Assembly (NCBI GenBank): GCA_017994175.1
Contig: JAGOLH010000001.1
Location: 58,394 to 122,393 of the forward strand
DNA length: 64,000 nt
DNA from: Bacteroidales bacterium
GTDB lineage: Bacteria; Bacteroidota; Bacteroidia; Bacteroidales; ML635J-15
Direction of reading: 5' to 3'
Part shown: positions 59,821 to 64,000 of the stretch, piece by piece
Numbering within the stretch: the stretch's first letter is position 1
Layout: every line of letters starts with the position of its first letter
Position numbers and translations under genes: made by a program
The notes under the pieces: model-generated
What the model was told of the DNA's origin: nothing
The model's input: only the letters and a program-made list of their open reading frames with translations
The model's database searches: none

Positions 59821-61074
59821 ATGAACTTAATCAGTGTAATCAAAAATATTGCGAAAAGAGGAAGCCCTCAAAATCTACTTTATAGAAAAGTATTTTTATG
59901 GTTATACTTTTTGTTATTAGTTGCTGTTCATATTCTATTTTTCGTTTTCACAAAATGCTATTTCATCAGTTCTGGTGTTATATTAATTATTGGTATCAGC
60001 ATTTTCCTTTATTATCTTATATTTCTGACCAGCAGATTATTACGTAAAAATATCAATAAACAAAACCTTTTTTTGGTCACCATATCAGTTGCCCTTGTTT
60101 TAGTGGTTTTAGAATTATCTTTCATTTTCACAGGATACAAGAGCACCTATCTTGAAAAAAGATATAAGCTATATTACGCATCGCACTATGCTGCAGAAGA
60201 TAAAAACTGGTTTCATGTATGGCACCGGAATCACTATCTCGAATCGAGTGAATATCGCTATTACCGAAGCATCAATTCACTTGGACTATCAGATATTGAG
60301 CATCCAGTTGAAAAAGATAGTAGTGAATATCGTATTATCGCGTTGGGAGATTCTTTCACAGAAGGAGACGGTGCCGATGCGGATTCTACATGGCTTAAAT
60401 TTCTGGAAAGAGGTCTGCAAAAATACAATTACCCATTGCATCTTCGATTTATGAATGCAGGTGTTTGTGGCAGCGACCCGTATTTTGAATATATACTGCT
60501 CAGGGAAAAGCTTTTACAATACAAGCCCGACCTTGTGATTGTATGTATCAACAGCACAGATATACTCGATGTAATGCTACGTGGTGACATGGCCCGGTTT
60601 CAACCTGATGGAAGTGTAAAATATAATCATGCACCTTGGTTTGAGCCGATTTACGCTTCATCTCATCTTTCCCGAATTGTTTTTGAAGCATTAGGATACG
60701 ATGAGTTTTTAACAGGGGACCGTAATTCAGGAGATTTAAGCACTAGGACTGAAAAACAGATTATTCAGTGCTTATACGATTTTAAGAAATTAGCAGATGA
60801 AAACGGGTTTCGATTGTTGGTAGCTTTTCAGCCATTATCATGGGAAGTGGTGAACAACAGCTCTTCGTTACAGAAAGTTATTAATGCAACCAAACAAGCG
60901 CATATCGACTATTGCGACCTAATGGAATACTATACTGTGGTAGAAAAAATGGATAGCGCAACTGTTTTGAATTATTTCTGGAGCAAAGACGGGCATCACA
61001 ATAGTACAGGATATGGTGCTTTTGGGAGAGGAATTGAAAAACACATTCTGCTGATGGAATTATTTTCAAAATGA
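59821..61074 (+). CDS. SGNH/GDSL hydrolase family protein with three N-terminal TM segments
   Basis: INSLG, ALGDSFTEG, MNAGVCG, INSTD, DGHHN. Confidence 0.8.
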   Translation: MNLISVIKNIAKRGSPQNLLYRKVFLWLYFLLLVAVHILFFVFTKCYFISSGVILIIGISIFLYYLIFLTSRLLRKNINKQNLFLVTISVALVLVVLELSFIFTGYKSTYLEKRYKLYYASHYAAEDKNWFHVWHRNHYLESSEYRYYRSINSLGLSDIEHPVEKDSSEYRIIALGDSFTEGDGADADSTWLKFLERGLQKYNYPLHLRFMNAGVCGSDPYFEYILLREKLLQYKPDLVIVCINSTDILDVMLRGDMARFQPDGSVKYNHAPWFEPIYASSHLSRIVFEALGYDEFLTGDRNSGDLSTRTEKQIIQCLYDFKKLADENGFRLLVAFQPLSWEVVNNSSSLQKVINATKQAHIDYCDLMEYYTVVEKMDSATVLNYFWSKDGHHNSTGYGAFGRGIEKHILLMELFSK

Positions 61075-61195
61075 TTTATTTTGTATTAATTTGTTATTTT
61101 TACCTTATGTTAAATGTCAAATTTCATTCTGTCATAACTATTTGAACAAGTAATACCAATCGAAGTAAACATTCTAATTGAAAAACCTAAACATC

Positions 61196-61552
61196 ATGAA
61201 AAATGCAGCCCTTTTAATTCTCGTTTTTGCCCTGTTCGCATGTTCCGGTTCTCCCCGTAAACCACAAAGCAACAACACCGATACAACAAAAACAAGTGAG
61301 GTTAAACCCGTAAACGAGTACACAGTTGATATGTACAATAAAATAGAAGTTGGGATGAATTTGGCTGACGTAAAAAATATACTTCTGAAGGACGGTGTAC
61401 TCCTGACACAGGCCTCAAGCACCGCAAACCAGCAAGGCGCAGGGAAGATCAGTGCAAAACTCTATACATGGACAAATAAGGATGGCTCCTACATCGAAAT
61501 TACCTTTGTTGAAGGGATTGTGGTTACCAAGAATAAGGTTAACCTGAATTAA
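61196..61552 (+). CDS. Small lipoprotein, DUF3862/BLIP-like fold
   Basis: Lipobox LFAC; YNKIEVGM..ADVKNIL...YTWTNKDGS.I.ITF..G.V..K. Confidence 0.7.
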   Translation: MKNAALLILVFALFACSGSPRKPQSNNTDTTKTSEVKPVNEYTVDMYNKIEVGMNLADVKNILLKDGVLLTQASSTANQQGAGKISAKLYTWTNKDGSYIEITFVEGIVVTKNKVNLN

Positions 61553-61648
61553 GCTTCATAACCGTATGGCGACAGGATGCTGCCAAAACGCATGGCGGCT
61601 TGCATTTTCATTGCAATTTAAGGTTAACTTTTAAATAGGGTTGTTTAT

Positions 61649-61709
61649 ATAAACAGAATGAGAGTGATCTCTCGTACTCTGTACTCGCTCTCACTCTCAC
61701 TCTGTTTAT
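61649..61709. repeat. 19-bp imperfect inverted repeat abutting the tRNA-Asn 3' end
   Basis: ATAAACAGAATGAGAGTGA (61649-61667) pairs with TCACTCTCACTCTGTTTAT (61691-61709), one mismatch, 23-nt loop. Confidence 0.8.
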
Positions 61710-61710
61710 G

Positions 61711-61784
61711 CTCCCCCTCTAAGACTTGAACTTAGGACCCCCTGATTAACAGTCAGGTGCTCTAACCAACTGAGCTAAGGAGGA
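61711..61784 (-). tRNA. tRNA-Asn (GTT)
   Basis: TCCTCCT/AGGGGGA acceptor, anticodon loop CTGTTAA, T-loop TTCAAGT, discriminator G; -7 element TACTTTTG at 61800-61807 (minus). Confidence 0.95.
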
Positions 61785-61818
61785 ATATTTTAAGTGTGGC
61801 AAAAGTAAGAGGTTTTTC

Positions 61819-61826
61819 TATATTTG
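61819..61826 (+). promoter_or_regulatory. -7 promoter element for the PfkB kinase
   Basis: TATATTTG 23 nt upstream of ATG 61850, divergent from tRNA-Asn. Confidence 0.55.
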
Positions 61827-61849
61827 CAAAATAATTTTAAAATTTTATC

Positions 61850-62842
61850 ATGAAAAAAATACTTGCCATGGGAAATGCGCTGGTCGACATGATGACACAG
61901 CTTCCTAACGACAGCATATTGTCGGATTTGGCACTTCCGAAGGGTAGCATGCAGCTTGTTGATGCAACGCAATCAAAACAGATTCAGGAATTTACTAAAT
62001 CCATGGTTCGCACAAGAGTTAGCGGTGGATCGGCAGCAAACACCATTCGAAGCATTGCCAACCTGAAAGCACCCTGTGGCTATCTTGGGAAGGTGAGCAA
62101 CGATGAATTGGGTATATTTTTCAGAAATGAAATGAATGCATTGGGCATCAACACACTATTGCAGCACAGTGCAACGCCAACAGGGCTTGCTGTTGCTTTG
62201 GTAAGTCCCGATTCCGAGCGAACGTTTGCAACCTATCTGGGTGCTGCAGCCGAATTAACCCCTGAGGAGCTGAGCAAAGAAAGTATGGCAGGTTTCGATT
62301 ATCTTCATATTGAAGGCTACCTTGCATTTAATCACAGCCTGATAAAAAAGGCAATGGAAATTGCACGGGCTAACAATATTATTGTTTCGATGGATATGGC
62401 AAGCTATAATGTGGTTGAAATCAATCGTGATTTTTTACTTGATGTAATAAAAAACGATGTTGATATTGTATTTGCCAATGAAGAAGAAGCCCGTGCACTT
62501 ACCGGAATGGGACCTGAAGATGCTGTGCATCAAATTGCCGAAATGTGTCGTATTGCCATTGTTAAAACGGGTGCTGATGGGTCGCTTATTAAAAGTCAAG
62601 GACAATTATCGAAAATTCCTGCCCGCAAAACATCACCCGTAGATACTACAGGTGCCGGCGATAACTATGCTTCCGGATTTTTATATGGTCATGCCAACGG
62701 CTGGAGCCTGAAAAAATGCGGACAGTTGGGAACAGTAATGGCGTCAAGGGTAATAGAAGTTATCGGAACTACTATGAGTTCTGAAACATGGGAGTGGATA
62801 AACGCTGAAAAGGAATGCATTGCTGCATCAGGTAATGATTAA
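61850..62842 (+). CDS. PfkB/ribokinase-family kinase (adenosine/inosine kinase-like)
   Basis: GNALVD, GGSAANT, ERTFATYLGAA, FANEEEA, VDTTGAGDNYASGFLYG. Confidence 0.9.
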   Translation: MKKILAMGNALVDMMTQLPNDSILSDLALPKGSMQLVDATQSKQIQEFTKSMVRTRVSGGSAANTIRSIANLKAPCGYLGKVSNDELGIFFRNEMNALGINTLLQHSATPTGLAVALVSPDSERTFATYLGAAAELTPEELSKESMAGFDYLHIEGYLAFNHSLIKKAMEIARANNIIVSMDMASYNVVEINRDFLLDVIKNDVDIVFANEEEARALTGMGPEDAVHQIAEMCRIAIVKTGADGSLIKSQGQLSKIPARKTSPVDTTGAGDNYASGFLYGHANGWSLKKCGQLGTVMASRVIEVIGTTMSSETWEWINAEKECIAASGND

Positions 62843-64000
62843 TCCCTAGTGCTCTACTGCTTTTAAAAGCCTATAAACGAAATCCTAAAAAAGACCGTGT
62901 CTTTCCGCGTCGATTTTATTCTTGACTTTTCCATTTTGTGCAGCTTTTTTGAGTAAAAAACTAGTTACCACTGTTAAAGATACAGATGTTAAAATCAATA
63001 AATAATTCTTTCTCTTACTTTTTGTCTTGACACAAAAAGTAACCAAAAAGTCAAGACATGGTTCGGCTGCGCTCACCAGCCAAATATGCTCCTCCCCGCT
63101 CTACCCGTTTAATGAAAAAACTAACAAAGTAGTGTTTTGTCAGCACTGGCCTTTCTCCTTTGACCGACAAAACAAAGCTGCGTGAAGCAAACCTTGTTCG
63201 GGTCTATAGATTGTTTGCTTCTCTTGCCCTTTGTTGTTTTTTGCTATTAAACGGCTATTCACGCCTTGGCTGGCTCGCATTTTTGTCGGGGCCGCCCGCG
63301 TTGCGATGCCTTCAGTGGATTGTCATCTTAGGTGGCCTTTGATGTTGAAAATACTATTAGGAACGCGGATTTTCATGAATAACTTTACGCCACGGGGATG
63401 ATACATTGCTGCATCAGGTAATGATTAATCCCTAGTGCTCTACTGCTTTTAAAAGCCTATAAACGAAATCCTAAAAAAGACCGTGTCTTTCCGCGTCGAT
63501 TTTATTCTTGACTTTTCCATTTTGTGCAGCTTTTTTGAGTAAAAAACTAGTTACCACTGTTAAAGATACAGATGTTAAAATCAATAAATAATTCTTTCTC
63601 TTACTTTTTGTCTTGACACAAAAAGTAACCAAAAAGTCAAGACATGGTTCGGCTGCGCTCACCAGCCAAATATGCTCCTCCCCGCTCTACCCGTTTAATG
63701 AAAAAACTAACAAAGTAGTGTTTTGTCAGCACTGGCCTTTCTCCTTTGACCGACAAAACAAAGCTGCGTGAAGCAAACCTTGTTCGGGTCTATAGATTGT
63801 TTGCTTCTCTTGCCCTTTGTTGTTTTTTGCTATTAAACGGCTATTCACGCCTTGGCTGGCTCGCATTTTTGTCGGGGCCGCCCGCGTTGCGATGCCTTCA
63901 GTGGATTGTCATCTTAGGTGGCCTTTGATGTTGAAAATACTATTAGGAACGCGGATTTTCATGAATAACTTTACGCCACGGGGATGATACATTGCTGCAT
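62818..64000. repeat. Tandem direct repeat, 586-bp period: two full copies (62818-63403, 63404-63989) plus the start of a third (63990-64000)
   Basis: Line-by-line comparison found no differences; the ORF track shows identical ORFs offset by 586. Confidence 0.97.
63016..63273. other. Densely base-paired non-coding element (pseudoknot plus multistem domain) within the repeat unit; second copy at 63602-63859
   Basis: At least eight helices of 6-10 bp identified by eye (see findings); functional strand unknown. Confidence 0.65.

Noticed and set aside
58800-61710. Genomic island integrated at the tRNA-Asn 3' end
   Set aside because: No integrase and no second copy of the tRNA 3' sequence (att site) found by eye
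62885-63076. 63-aa minus-strand ORF in the repeat unit (also 63471-63662)
   Set aside because: Lys-rich translation of the palindromic/pseudoknot sequence with no protein features
63160-63342. 60-aa hydrophobic ORF in each repeat unit (also 63746-63928) as a type I toxin-like peptide
   Set aside because: TTG start, lies wholly within the paired stems, and shows no resemblance to a toxin family I recognise; most simply a by-product of the T-rich 3' arms. Ribo-seq would be needed to revive it
62818-64000. CRISPR array or IS element interpretation of the tandem repeat
   Set aside because: No short repeat/unique spacer alternation, no cas or transposase gene, no terminal inverted repeats or target duplication visible

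Overview
Core chromosomal segment of a Bacteroidota genome, probably an anaerobic Bacteroidales-type organism. Evidence for this is the T9SS genes sprE/porW, porX, porP and two CTD cargo proteins, plus recurrent TAnnTTTG -7 promoters. About 55 CDS are present. Housekeeping genes: glmS, tsaE, uvrA, mtaB, suhB, psd, pth, rplY, prs, yggS, rsmA, trmH-like, and a PfkB kinase. Other recognisable loci: a compact asnB-GT4-wza-wzc-wecA polysaccharide locus, a K+-dependent membrane pyrophosphatase, and a partial ygeY-ygeW-hydA purine-catabolism cluster. There are three tRNAs (CAT/Ile2-like, Lys-CTT, Asn-GTT). No integrase, transposase or CRISPR array was seen. Items most worth follow-up: (1) a pentameric ligand-gated ion channel gene and a voltage-gated channel gene with a CavMr-like TIEGW filter, about 1 kb apart on either side of one short divergent intergenic region; (2) an apparently perfect 586-bp tandem repeat at the right edge whose unit holds a densely base-paired ~240-nt element beginning with an H-type pseudoknot; (3) a peptide deformylase with a lipoprotein signal; (4) a Ser/Thr pseudokinase coupled to a GWxTD protein; (5) a 59% acidic, Phe-studded 75-aa microprotein after uvrA. 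All calls are motif recognition by eye; no searches were run.
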